Positions 24,723 through 37,890 of a stretch of 64,000 nucleotides of DNA are shown in pieces. The DNA lies in assembly GCA_965649825.1 (NCBI GenBank), contig OZ287696.1:539101-603100 (forward strand), in the 5' to 3' direction. A program made the translations under genes and the position numbers. Under the pieces are notes generated by a model. The model saw only the letters and a program-made list of their open reading frames with translations. It was not told the DNA's origin and ran no database searches. Source of the stretch: Penicillus capitatus. Lineage: Eukaryota > Plantae > Chlorophyta. Within the stretch, counting starts at the first letter, position 1; every line of letters starts with the position of its first letter.

Positions 24723-25413
24723 ATGATTTGTGCCCTGTCGACCAGGGCGAGTATCGTTCAGAAATGCCATTCGGTGAAGGATCCTGGACGACGAACGTTC
24801 TGCGATCCGCGCAGAATGCCAGAATTCCGAGTGTTACGACCGTTTCTTGAAAGGAGTGCACCATTGGGCGTGTCTCTGGGACTCGCGTCCCTCTTTTTTC
24901 CATCTTCCGTGTTGGCAGCGGAGATCCTGTTGCGTACGGAACCTTCGAATGCACTCTCACTACCTACCTGGATCATCCACGTGTCTAGTGTCCTGGAATG
25001 GTGCGCCTCTGCCTTTATCAAAAGTGAGTGTGGATGGCAAGACATGTGATAAGGATTACAGCCATGGGCTTGATTTGGCAATATGGCGATGCTTCGGACA
25101 ATCCAAGATGGAAAGGCATGACATGGGGGATGGTATACAGTCCCTTTACAAATCTCACTTGTTCTTTGAGTAGGTTTTGTATATTCGCAGATGCCTTGTC
25201 TCGGCGGAGCTCTGTGCGCTTGTACGTGGCATTTCTTCTACAACAATCCAGATCTCGAGGTCCAGTATCGATCATCCATCCAATACCGGAAGCTCTGTTC
25301 TATAGTTTCTAGTAACGCTACAGAGCGCTCTTACTTTTTTGGGTAACTGCACTTGTGGAGTGGCCGCGTACAGAATCTACAACGATGGAACATCAAACAA
25401 CGCATCATCATGA
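24723..25413 (+). CDS. Ycf49-like (DUF2499) plastid membrane protein
   Basis: EPSNALSLPTWIIHVSSVLEW...WKGMTWGM...GGALCACTWHFFYN...LQSALTFLGNCT. Confidence 0.88.
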
Positions 25414-26379
25414 TGATGTCAGAACACTACTATGTAACTTCTTCCAAGTTTATTTCATCAGTTCTCGGAGTCTGCAAAGAACAGTCAAACAAGCACCTGA
25501 CGTTACAGACATTTTAGTATTGTACACTTCGTTCGTGTCTCGTTTCTGCATCGTCGAGCTCTGTCCGCTCGGGTCGGACTGTGGCAGTGTACGTCGTGGA
25601 CCAAGACTACCCGTTCAATCATCAGAAAGGAATGCTCCATGTGCCTTTTCGTCCAACAAGCAGCGGTGTGATCTATGCATCACTTTTGGATGGATTTCTG
25701 ATCGATTTTTGTGTTCAGATCGACAGAGAATACCTCTCCCATCGTATAGGTCTCATTCGAGCAAAGCATTTCCGCCTGCAATGTAACAGGTGGAAATGCT
25801 CGCAAGTATCACGCACGAGACGCACAGATCTGCCATTAATGATTAGACCTGCGAATAGCCGAAGACGACCATCACTCTCGACTGTTGCATATCCAATTTC
25901 CATCCAGGCGCCTATAAGCCATAGAGAGTGATGGATGGATAACCTCAACGCAATTTCCTCATAACGATAGGGGTATGGTTGTCAAGTGCAGACACAAGTT
26001 CGCAGTTGTTAGAAGCTAAGCTGGGAGTCATTAACCACCCTGGGTATTTTAAACACAACATTTTTTATGTAATCATCTCGTGTTGTTGGTTTAAGTCTGA
26101 TTACATTGTATCGTTGTCGCCTATGTTTCGTCTTCCAGTTCTTTAACATTGTTTACACGATTCCTGGCATCTGCAAAGAACATGGACTTGGACGAGTGGT
26201 GTGATGATGGAGGATGCAGGAAGCGGAGGACTGTTACTGCGGAAGAAAAACTATATGGCATCGTTCTATTCGTAGAATATGCATTTACAGTGCTTTTGAC
26301 ATGACAGCGACACGGCGCCGCCCAACGTACAGAACATAACACAGACAACGGGAATGTAATTGTGCTTGGATGTGGAACG

Positions 26380-27927
26380 TCATTCATGTGTCGATCGCTG
26401 ATTAAAGAGATTCCGGAAGAGCTGTTTGGCAAATGCAGGCGGATCAGATTCGACAGGGGCCATGAAGTTGACTAGCTTTTCATGCACCTGAGAGAACATC
26501 GCTCTAAGCTTCTTCTGGGATTCCCCTTGCCGATGTCTCTTCCGAGCTCTCTGACTCCGTCACACACATTTAACAAGAGTCTCTGGAGAATGGTCTGTCA
26601 CACCTGAACAGGTACTGGCTCCTTTCCACGTCCCACCAGGTACTCATTGAGCAAAGTTTGATAAAAATCCGTGTCCTCAAACTCTTCGTCATTAAGACAT
26701 TCTGCTTGTTCAGCTGGAATGATTCCATCAGAGCCAATGACGCCGACGGTTTTGGACGAGGCCGCAGCAGGCATTCTAGCACGAGCCAAAGCTTTTGCGG
26801 GATTGTCCATCAACGACTGCACCTAAAGGAAATGTTCCGAATCGCGAGGTATGTTACACCGCGTTTGTTTTCCGCATACTTGTGCAGAGATGCTCTGATG
26901 AAGGATTTGCAGGTTTCCTTTGCCTGTCGTTGCACCAGACTGAAGCATAGCTTGTCGATGGAACCGATCCAGAGAAGAATTGCAGAAGACCCGAAGCACT
27001 TTATAGCGTTCTTCCAATCGTTCCCAGAGATCTTCGATATCCAGATCTGTCTCCACCAATCCAAGTTTTCCCTCAGTCTTTTCAAGCAATCGAAAGTCTT
27101 CCAGCTCAGTCAACTCTTGCAAGACGTTCCTGACCACTTCTGTCACTTCATTGTATCTAAGCCAATCAGAGCATACGTCACACAAAGTGATAATGGCCTG
27201 AAGTGGCCAGACGTGCTAGTAAGTTGAGGTGTGGACTGTTGGAGTCGGCGCTTCTGCCTTCGGGGTGGAAGCTGCTGCGAAGCCCGTAAGGGTTTCTCTA
27301 ACAGGACCCTTAGTTCAAGACAGCTCTTCCAAAGATGTCTATCCCGTTGAACAGCACGTCCTCGTTCGCCATCTTTGACGGTGCGGCTCTTCATGTCGGA
27401 GATGCCAACATCTGACTGCATATGGCGATAAGCCTCGTACAGGTCTCCGTTATCAGGCGACGTTTCTTCCTCTTTGTCGCTCTGTGTCTCGGCCAATGAT
27501 GCATCTTCATCGACAGCATCGTCCAAGGTGGGCGATTCTGAAGTGTCGTCATGGCTGCTGAAGATGTCTTTTCGTCGGATCCCTTCTCCTTCGTAGGTTT
27601 CGTCTTCCAGTTGCAGCGGCCCTTTCAAGATACTCACTCTATTTCCATCCTTCTCTCCTTTCCTCTCGTTGCACCTAGTCTCGGCTTGAATAGAGTTATC
27701 TCTTTTTTTAAGCGGAATAGATATGTTTGTACCTGCCTTGATGATCCGATCTCGCTTCCTCGGTGTAAAAAGTGGAGCTCCCTTCAGGTCGTTTTCGAGA
27801 TAATCCTCTAGAAGAGCCGCACGTTCGACAGGTAAAGGGACTACAACTTGACAGCACCTTTGCGTGGAGCTACGAAGGCGATCTCGTTCAGCTCGTCCGC
27901 CAATGATCTGGTTGTTTTCGTCGGCAT
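26380..27927 (-). CDS. AATF: AATF/Bfr2 family nucleolar protein
   Basis: MPTKTTRSLADELNE..., QRDRHLWKSCLELRVLLEK, FEDTDFYQTLLNEYL, VHEKLVNFMAP...LFRNLF. Confidence 0.88.
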
Positions 27928-28141
27928 TTCTGTCGCTGCCACCGTCGACGCCGACTGCAGATGTGCTGAATGTCGTACACAGTTCTCGTTACAGTCTGCT
28001 CTCCACCCGAGACGATGGAACGTGCTGATGGGACAGCAAGAGCTTCAAGATTAAGACACATGCCGCACAAGATTTGATTAAAACAGAAGTCATTTAAACC
28101 ACCTCTCATTTTTCTATCATGCTTCATACGCCTAGTGTCGC

Positions 28142-31100
28142 CTAAGCGGCAACAGATTTGTCCGGAATGATGTCCATGATCACCGTCGTCTTGGGAGACA
28201 TGTGAAACATCGAATGCGGTGGCACCAAGATTTCTTTGTCCGTATCTGGAAGACCAGAGTAGGCAACCACCCTCCATGTCTTGCCCTCCATTGCATCTGG
28301 GGCTTGGACCTGAATTTCGGACGGATAGGCATTGAAGCCGACATAGAATCCGCGTTCCGACCCATCTCGCAAAGAGCAACCAATGAAATGACTGTGCATA
28401 CCACCGTCCCAGTCTGGCTGATGTCCGGCCAGTGCACCATGCCATTCGATGCCCCGAATCGCATCAAAAGAGTCTGGTTGAACAAAGCCTAAGTATTCTC
28501 TTCTAAAATCCAGCAGCTTCTTATAGAAATGCGCCAGTATATTGTCTTCCCAGACATCTGCTGGACACACAGGTACCCCTTGAGAAACGATCGTGCCGGC
28601 CAGCAAAGAACAGACAAGAGAGGGGTGGCCAGGACACGAGGCATCATCACCTAGATCACTCTCCGTTCCTGTCCTTGCCAGGAATGAGATGTCACCAACC
28701 TAAGGTGTGCACATGTGGAACATCTGCCTCCACTGCTGGCTTTAGAGGTTTGAAGAGATCGACAGGGCTGTTGAAACCGAAAGCAGGACGGCGCCCCGCC
28801 GCCAAACTTCCCGGGAATCCACCATCCCAACAAGCAGCAAACAGATCTGCACTACCTATCACCGATTTCACAGAGTCCTCTCTTTGCACAAGTGCTCGTA
28901 ACACGTTACCGGTCATTCTGGTGGCGATGTTGCTGAGTTTGGCATTGCTGGTCATGACCATGAAATCCCAAAAATCGAACCGAAATCTGCTGTTATACTC
29001 TGTCCAGACGCCCCAATGAGGGAACCCACGCTCTCCGCCTCTCGGAAGGAGTTGATCGTCCCCACTGACAGCCACGAGTTTGCTCGATTTCAGTAATGGA
29101 TCTGATGCTATGGCTTCGGGCAATGCAGGCGCATCGAGAATTGTCCCATCGCGATCCTGGACCATTGTTTCTGCATTGTCGAACACAAATCCATCCACTT
29201 TGTACTCCTCCGTCCAATGGTGCAGTGAATCCAGGACGAGCTCGTGTACCACAGTGTGGCCACAGTTCAGGATTCCTTTCCCGCGAAAGTAGAGACCGAC
29301 ATCCAATCCTTTCAGTGACATCCATTTCTTGTCCTCTCCCGTAAAGCAGAACTGAACCTATTTAGGCAATCGTCAGAGGCAAGAAGATCCAAAACAGTGT
29401 AAAGACCTCGAGGAAGACCTCCATAGAGAGTTTGTGACACTCCTTGATGAGCGTCTTGAGTTCATGAGCACTTTCGGATGGCGATGTTTCGCGAAAGGCG
29501 AGGCTGTTTGGTGCAAAGTAGCTCAGAGGAGTGACTTGTCCAGACTTGTCATCCTTCACACTGAGCATGGCACCTCGCAGAATGACACCATTGACTCCGG
29601 AAGTGGCCATCTTCTTCGCCGTTTCTACGAAACACTCGCTCTCGTTCATTTGCACCGCTGAATTCAAGAACAGACTTAGCGCTGCTTCCAGGGTGGGTCC
29701 CTGTTCCGAAAGGGTCGTGAGATCGAGTTCCGAAACGGCCAGATGTTCAAATCCATATCTCGGTCGTGGTGCTCTCTCCCAATTAAAGGCTTTGGACGAG
29801 ATCTCACCAACTGAACCCAAAAGGATCTTTCTGGATCGTTTTCCGTGAGGGACACTGGCAGGTTGAATCCATTTCGAGTACGGATCCATCAGGATGGTAT
29901 CTGGATGAAAACGACTTCCGCCTGCCATCACTCTTCCATGCAAAGGGAAGAAGAGTGCATATTCAGTCGGTCACCTTCCCAGCCATGTGGGCCATCCGCC
30001 CTCCATCCATACAGAAGCTCATTGAGATTCTGTGCCGTTTCGATGGCAATGTGCCACATATCTCCTGTCTTGTTGTGCTCTGGTAGGAGTTCTATTTCAG
30101 TCATCTCGCCCGATCCGTCCACTAGACACAGTGTCATTGTGGAGGCATTTCTGGACAGAACCTGCAGCATTGTGTTCAAAACGCCCTCTGCCTCTTAGCA
30201 AACTTACTGCAAAGTTTACAACTGTCCTGCTACGGCTGGTTCGCCCCAAGGATGCCGTGAAACTCACACCTAACAGAACTAGACGATCAAGACGATCAAG
30301 CAATGTCATCGTATCACCTTTTGGATACGGTAGCCCTCCAAACATTCCCAACGGAACACATGCATGAGAATGTTTCTTCGGATGCAGAATCTCTTCGTCA
30401 CCTGGCGCATTTTTGGTCGTCGTTGTTAATGTTTCTCAGGACAAGAGACCATTGATATGTATCGTGCAGCCAAGGTAGGCGGGAAGGAGATTCTTCGGTA
30501 CATCTACTGTCACTTCGTAGCTGGATGTTCTCGCAGAGAATAGGAAGGCCGTCTTTATCATCTCTCCCTCGTTCCTGATTGGGTCGCCATCTGGTGTGAA
30601 CCAATTCCCCTCTATGGAGCGAAATAAACCCCTGCAACACATTCACCTTCATCAAGGCACGATTCGGCGTTTTGATGTGACACCAGTTAAGATCTGCTCG
30701 AGTGACATGTGCAGACCCTTCGACAGGAAACGAGACAGTGACGTGACTGGATGTGTGACCCTTTGTCACGCGAATCAGGATCTGAACCAGAGAGGGTCAG
30801 TCTTCGTTGGAGAGGGACAAACAGAAGAGCACACAGGAGTCCCATTCTGCAAGGTATAGGAGTGTGTCGTACAGGCCTCGTTTTTGGACTTTTGAACAGT
30901 CGAGCTGGCGACGACCGCCCGGAGAGTCTGCCGCCGAGCCGCACGGAGGGGTAGACACCGCATGGCATAGGAAGACCTCAATGGCCTTACGCTGCGTCTG
31001 GTTCGCGTCGTGACATCTCGGACGGCTCTGATCTGCAAAGAAAAGTCTATTCCAAGTCAAACAGGCATCTGTCGTTGTACCCCGCAGCGACGTCTCGGAA

Positions 31101-31155
31101 GGAGCCGTCGAGCGCTGACCGCAGAACGCGGTGCCGATGTGACGTAAGACTGCAT
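28142..31155 (-). CDS. ISA2: Plastid isoamylase, ISA2-like and probably non-catalytic (GH13)
   Basis: Transit-like MQSYVTSAPRSAVSARR; VVNFAV..SRNASTMTLCL, TGDMWHI, YGWRADG, MDPY, LNCGH, VDGFVFD, FYVGFNA; catalytic-site motifs degenerate. Confidence 0.8.
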
Positions 31156-31754
31156 TTCGAAGAACGTATCACCACGGATGTACGAGATGCGTCGCATGCG
31201 AAGAAGATGCAGCATTTGATGGAGCGCCTGTTCGTTGAGACACTTGTGTCTCTACGGCATCGCTGAGTGCCTCGACCGAAGGGCAAGATGCTGCACTGTA
31301 CCCCTGCTTAAGTGCCTGTTGCGTCAAGCGGCGAGCCGAGATACGACGCAATAGAGACGCAATTCGGATGAGGTGTGAGAGAAAGATGCTCATTGAAGAG
31401 ACAGATCGTCCAAAACAAGGAAAAAGCATAAAAGATCGAAGCGGCGTAATGGACTATCGCATCCAGTTACTGTTACGCACTTGAGCGTGGAACAAGCTCG
31501 ATGCTTCCATCTGTGAGTCGACCAGCAACAATGTCAACAACAGCGGAGCGCGCTTGTCTTTCACAGCAGTCTCGATGACCACGCGATGCTCAAGTGATGG
31601 GACTTTTGATAGACGGTTATGAAAGCACCTGCAGCGATTACTGCTATGGCTGCCGCGGAGAAATGTCAATGTCCAACGGCAGCCACATGACAGAATCATC
31701 TCTGATCAAAAGAGTCAGGAGTGAAAAAAAAAACACTGATGGGCGAAAGTACTG

Positions 31755-32360
31755 CTAAGTAAAGATGTGACTGCTGACAGAAGATAGCACCTGGATCTCG
31801 AAAGTAAAACACAGTATGGATTTCCCCTTCGTGTCCATCGCAGAGATTTCGATTTTGTACTTTCCCTAGGGCACAGACACCTTCTTTCGTTCCACACGAT
31901 AGGCCTGCTTCTCACAGTCGGCAGAGCGATCGGGAATTCGAGGATGTGTTCAATGAGGACAGCGCCTCCAGGGACGCGACGTTTTGTGGCAGCACGGAGG
32001 TCCGTCTCATCATGGTCAATCGCAATGTCGGTCGAATGGAACAATGTTCGCGTCCGCGTCGAAATCTTTAAGTACAGCGTCCCTTTTTTGGCTTTTATCT
32101 CTTCAAAACGCCACAGTGTGCGTTAGAAGACGCAACCAGAGGTTGCTGAGAGACGAACGGCGCGGCGTGCAAATTTGAATGGACAGTTGACTGCTCTTCT
32201 TGTGTCGCTCGTACTGAGCCGTCACGCTACTCGGGGCAAACAGAGGATGACCACACTTTTCGAATGGAATGCCGGAGTCCTTTGCAGCAACAGCGATGAG
32301 ACAGAGCGAAAGACAAAGAGCTTTTTTGAAGCTCGAGTCATGAGCCCGCCTCAATTCCAT
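31755..32360 (-). CDS. ML (MD-2/NPC2) lipid-recognition domain protein, divergent paralog
   Basis: Signal-like ALCLSLCLIAVAA, FEKCG, ...FPIALPT-GKYKIEISAMDTKGKSILCF; the central DLC..CP cysteines are absent. Confidence 0.6.
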
Positions 32361-32579
32361 CTGTACGAAACAGTTTAGCCATCGAACATGGAAAGACATC
32401 GCGATGATGTGACGTTTTGGAATCGGCCGACAGAGCCAACCCACCACCATTATCGTTTCAAAAGAAGGCAAGCTGCTAACAACGTAAGCGCAGTTTCTAG
32501 ATTCATGAAGAACAACGCAACAAGGTGAAACTGATTGAGTCGGATTTAAGAATGGGTCTGTGCGTGCTTTGCTGTAAGG

Positions 32580-33186
32580 CTAAGCTTCAAACGCTTGTGC
32601 ATTCTTTCTCCATGCAAAGGGCTTGTGAAGAATGCTCCATTCCTTCTCTTCGTTTTCCGTGTTTTTGATTCTAATTCCGCCCCTTACGCAGGCCAACTCT
32701 TTACCTGTCGAATCTTTTATCGAGATTCTGCCTTTGTAATAACCCTTTACACCTCCCATTAATTAAGATGTGACACTGACGAAATCATACCAGGGCTAAG
32801 GAGGGAACTTTGATTTTTGTTTTGTATGTGATTTTTCCCGGCCCGAAGGGGCACCTCACAAGTTTGCACAGGTCAGTGGTGCCGGACGCCACGGTTATCC
32901 AAAAGAAGATCTTTGTTTCAAATTTGTAACTGACCGTTCCTCCGCTGACATGGACACCTTTAGACACAAGAGGATGTCATGCGCAAGTCTTCGGAAAAGA
33001 AAAGCGACCGGAATCGATTGGAACATCAATTGCCACTTCTCTGCCGGACTTCACTGGGAACGGATTCACGTCGACGTATTCTGGGTAGAGGGTTTTCTTT
33101 CCGCACGATTCCAAACCATCAATGTGCGTTCCGCCGACCACAAAGGCAGTCGCCAGGAAAGACGCAAGAAAGAGAAGAGAGCGCAT
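32580..33186 (-). CDS. ML/NPC2-domain secreted protein
   Basis: MRSLLFLASFLATAFVVG signal, ESCG, VNPFPVKSG, DLCKLVRCPFGPG, GYYKGRISIKDSTGKELACV. Confidence 0.85.
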
Positions 33187-33249
33187 GGCGAGTAATGCTC
33201 AAAAACGCAGATGGACTCTTTCTTTAGCGCCGCCGCCCAACGTCACATC

Positions 33250-34250
33250 AGAGTACTTGCAAGTATACCAATTCGATCACGCGTTGGCTGGGCTTCACTT
33301 TGGCAAATCGACGATAGCATCGCGAAGTTTTCGATCCTTGCCTTTGGTTCCGTCAAGCGAATACCTTGCATCGCTGTTTGCTTCTTGACTAATAGCATTC
33401 GTAGGCTCGTTAAACCATCATTCCCTATCCATCACCACTCACAGATCGTGTAGCACTCGGGAGACATGCAATTCGGACAAGATCTGCAAAGGAAAAACAC
33501 CATCAGCTCGGCTGTTGCTAAGATATGGTGTCCGTGATTACGGAGGTGGATGGCAATGTTTGTTGGAAAATCAAAAGGAAATGCGTCTGGATGATCGTAG
33601 AAATTGAGCTGCAAGGCATGGCTCCGTCCACTGGGCAAATATTGAAACGTTCGTAGATGCAGAAAGGATGAGAGCAGTAGGGGCGGCTGTCCAGTATATG
33701 GGACGGGAACCGTCGAGGCGTCACGGCTCATGTAGATCTGTGCGATGGTGATACAAACCGGATGCTGTCGAAGAGCATTTCTTAGCTTGTTTGCACATTT
33801 TCTCCTGTGCCATGCTTTGCATTTATCTATCCAACAAACATTTCGTACAGGAGAAATCGCTTTCTACTGCGCACCTTCACGCAGAGTATTATGCTCGCGG
33901 AACCGGTACATACAATGTATGCCTCGAAGCAGTGGGTTGGTTGATCTCACGGAGTGTCCAAAATAAGTGCTTCTTTCTGTGGCACAATCAAACAGAAGAT
34001 CGCCGCCATCTATGCCAATGTGCACGTCTCGCTCTCCTCTTCAGAATGGTGCTTCTCGTACCGATCAATGCCATCAAGATTGATACACCAAGTCCCATCG
34101 TGTTGTGCTTCTTGTCGTCTTGGAAGCCAATAAATCTAAGAACGTGACAGATCAACTGCATCTGTCCCCATACAGCTTCATTCTCGGGCACAAAGTCATC
34201 GGCAGTCGACGATGGTATACAGAGACGCGATGTTTCACAACCAGCATGTC
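33250..34250 (-). CDS. Putative multi-exon hypothetical gene
   Basis: Open frames can be joined across plausible GT-AG introns (gtgcgc..ggatag; gtaatc..ttgcag); no family recognised; boundaries approximate. Confidence 0.3.
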
Positions 34251-34384
34251 TATCGCTGACGAATCATTTTCGCGAAACCTCCCTTCAAAATTTGCATGTA
34301 CACGGTTCGACAGGAACAATAAAAATGCGCAGTTCGAAACGCTTTTGCGTGGAGATGGGACGGACTTTCGTTTTGAGCTTCTTG

Positions 34385-34990
34385 CTAAACCTGGTAACCC
34401 AGCAAATCCGGTCGAGTCCACTCGCTGGACATGGTCTCGCCCTTCTCATGCTTCTTTTCCCCTACTTCAATGGACAACGCCAAACACAGCAGCGGCTCCT
34501 CTTTTTCATCGATCGCTGTGGCTCTGACAACGTAAGAGTCCTTCATGAAGCTAATCAGAACAGGGATTGAGGGGAATCCCGTACTGCTTCTATGTCGGAA
34601 GGCACTTTGGCTTGGAGCATGAACAGAATGGGCCCGGGTGCCGAAGGACAGGGAATGAGGTTACAGAGATGGCCACTTCGTGCTTCTTCCGGAAGCGTAG
34701 CATAACTCGGACTGGGTGCGAATTCGAAGAAGTACGCTCCTCCTTGCACCGTCTTGTCTTTGGACACACAAGTGTGACATCCTCAAAACACACTAGGAGA
34801 ATGAAGGATGACTGAGGACGCCTGTCACGGTGACGGATCCGATGTCTCCGGGTTTCAATGGGTAAGGGAAAAAGTCGACACTCGTCAGCGCAAGGGGTGC
34901 GCCTTCTCCGCACGGTAGGAATGAAATCTCTCTCGCTGGTTACTGCGAGACTGTTGCGGACAGAAGGAGAAAAACGAGGGGAGAATGCAT
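34385..34990 (-). pseudogene. ML/NPC2-domain paralog with an in-frame TAA after the signal peptide
   Basis: gccaccATG, then MHSPLVFLLLSATVSQ*PAREISFLPCGEGAPLALTSVDFFPYPLKPGD...HLCNLIPCPSAPG...EPLLCL; TAA at 34940-34942. Confidence 0.65.
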
Positions 34991-37890
34991 GGTGGCGGTT
35001 GTGGAGTCGAAAACGTGGGTCTGGGTGTAAGGAGACAAACGTCACATCGTCGATGTATAAAACGCAACCTGACGCTCGTATGCTCGGATGGTCCCTTCAC
35101 TTGCCGCTTATGAGTCCAATATCCAATCGCCACCTCTTCATTCTCGCGCTGTTCTTGCAATAAAAACCACGGCGTGTCTGCTCCAGCATTGCTTGCTCAA
35201 AGACTCTTGTCTTCGAGGCGGTGATTTGTTTAGCCTGACAGTGCCATTTACCTCGCCAGATTTCGCCAGATTCAAAATGTGACGGGCACATACCTTGATC
35301 TACTGTGAGAGGCGACTTCTAAAATTGCACTATCTCTGTGTAATCCAACGGATTTTGGACGGCCCTTGGAGAATCGGTTTGCATATCTGTGCATCCGAAA
35401 ACGTGATCGGAGTTCCATGGATTTCGGCACGTCGAACAGAACGTCGTTGATAGCCAAAGTGGCGAAGAAATAGTTTCGACCTGTTCCACAAGCTCTTATG
35501 TGCGCACACGGATCTTTGATTGTCGGGTTTCCTTTCAAGAATGACATGAGATCTACCAGGTATCAGAACTGCGTTGCTACTCTCGTCCTTTCAATCTCAT
35601 TGCTGGTTCAGTCAGAGCTACAAAGGTGTAGAGCTTCAACAATTGGATCGCAGAGAATCGCCCGTGTGGGCAGATATCTTGTCAGAGATTGTCTATATCC
35701 ATAGAATGACAATGAGTGGGCGGAAGTCTGGCAGCTTTCCTGCAGCTCTTAGAGCGAGCGCTGCAAGGCAAACGTCCAATCCGAAAAAAGAGTCAGTTTT
35801 CATCCTTTCTGCTTACCCTTATTCGTCAGAGGAAAGGAGGACCTCTGCGCTGACAGTTGGACGCGACAGTGTCACGATAGGTGCATCTGCTTCATCCACC
35901 AGAGCTAACCGTAAGTGACGATTGACACCGGCCACTCGAAAACGGTTAGACAGTAGCTCTTCAATGACGTCGAGCACGATGGCAGTGATATCTCCCCCGA
36001 AAAGTGTGACCCCGATCACACTGAATGACAGGCGAAATTGCGAAATCGAGACGGATGTGTTTCCACTGCGGATCTGTTGCTATTCTTCCACCTAAGGAGC
36101 AATTCCAAGACCCATCTTCCTTGATTCGTCCCGGGTAAATAAAGACAATAAAGTTATGGCTGGGATCGTTATCAGTCCTGTAAACTCGTTGTCATGCGAC
36201 ATGCGCATTGAGGTTACATCGACTGACTGTTTGCTCTGGAATTGAACAAACGAACTGGCTGTTGACGTTCGGTATCTTCGATATCGCTCTGTTCGTGAGA
36301 AGGGGAAACTGTCGAATCTCTTACCTTGTTCGATTCTTTTCTTTTAAATAAAGTCAAACGCTCGACTAACGGATGCCGTGAACAACAAATAAATTGCTCC
36401 ACATGTCCAATTTGTCATTACATTGTGCGGTTGTGAAATCATTTGGACTTTTTAATGCGAGAAGCAGAAACCTGACGTTCGTTCAGTCACGCCTCTGTAA
36501 AGGCCGCACAATGAGTGAGAGAAGAGTAATGTAACGCAGTCACTTACTTACTTTAGATAATTCGAATGGCACGTGTTGGTCATCAATCAGCATTTTTTAC
36601 TTTTATGCTTGTCGATTCTGTTTGACGTTCCTTTTTCGATGGAAACTGGTTTCGTGGCCAGTTTAGTCGCTGGAAAAGGGACTAACTGCAGAAACAGTCT
36701 GGAAAAGGACTTGAATGATGTCATGCTCCCTCAGTGCTCTTGTGCTGATTGTCAGTGTGCTACCCATTTCATCAAAACAGCAGTCAGAACCGCATTTGCT
36801 GGCAGAGACTAGATTTCAAATGCTTAAAAAACGCATGAAACAGGACATTACAGTTGATTCCAACGGTCATCTGTACACTCTAGATAACAAAAAACAGCTA
36901 CCGAAAAGATTGCAGTTTCTCGGTGAACGAGGACGGCGCATTGCTCACGCTCTTTAAAAGTGAATCACACGCATTCGGCGTTCTCCGTCATTTGTCAGTC
37001 ATCTCCGAGTTAAGACTGGATTATGTCAGCATAGCTTTTGAACATGGACCTGTCTTTTGAGGATCGAAAATGATCCTCACCGCCACCTCTCAGTCAGCAA
37101 AGCCAAGTTTCGGCAAGAGAGTGTACGTATGTATCCTGAAGCGTTCATTTCCGTCGACAAAAAACAGTCTATGGGGAGTTTCTGAACTGCCAGAAGATGG
37201 TCATCAACGGTAACCCGAAAAAAGGATAAGAGAAAAAAATCTCATCTAAAATCGCCAACGTTCTTTAACAATGTAGACGGTACTTCTCGTAAGAAACTCT
37301 GGCTAACAACGTTTTCTTGCACTTGATTTCCGCCACCATCTCTATAGATAGACAACAGCAACCGATATCCTTGTGCCGTTCAGTCTCGGGCATTGTACCT
37401 AGACTACGGCATAGTCGTGCGAAGAAGCTGAGTCGCATCTCGAAACGTGCAGGATGAAATTTTCCACGTTCACTAAACACAATGTTGCTGTCAAGGAGAT
37501 TTCTGGACTTGAGACTCCGAGATCACTTCTCTTACTGGATTTCATCTCTTAGCGGCAGTCCACTCTCGTAGCGTTCGTTGATCGGATCACTGAAATTGGT
37601 TGCCATCTGTTCGTGCTTCGGTCCTTAAACCTCTCTCTCTCTTTACGGTTGTGCACTTTTCTTCTGATCAAAGCCATGCGAGACAAAATCCATGCATACA
37701 GAGATAGTAAAGAGTGGAGTGTCTGCTTGAGCATTTTTCCCTGTCTAATGGTTCGACACCTTTACTGTCTAAGAAGACATGATGTTGATATCTCTCATCC
37801 GGTTAACCTACCTTCTTTCCCCTCAGCATCGTAATACATGGTCGGCTTTGATAGGATAGCTCTCAATTCTGGTCCGAGACGTTGTCCCCG

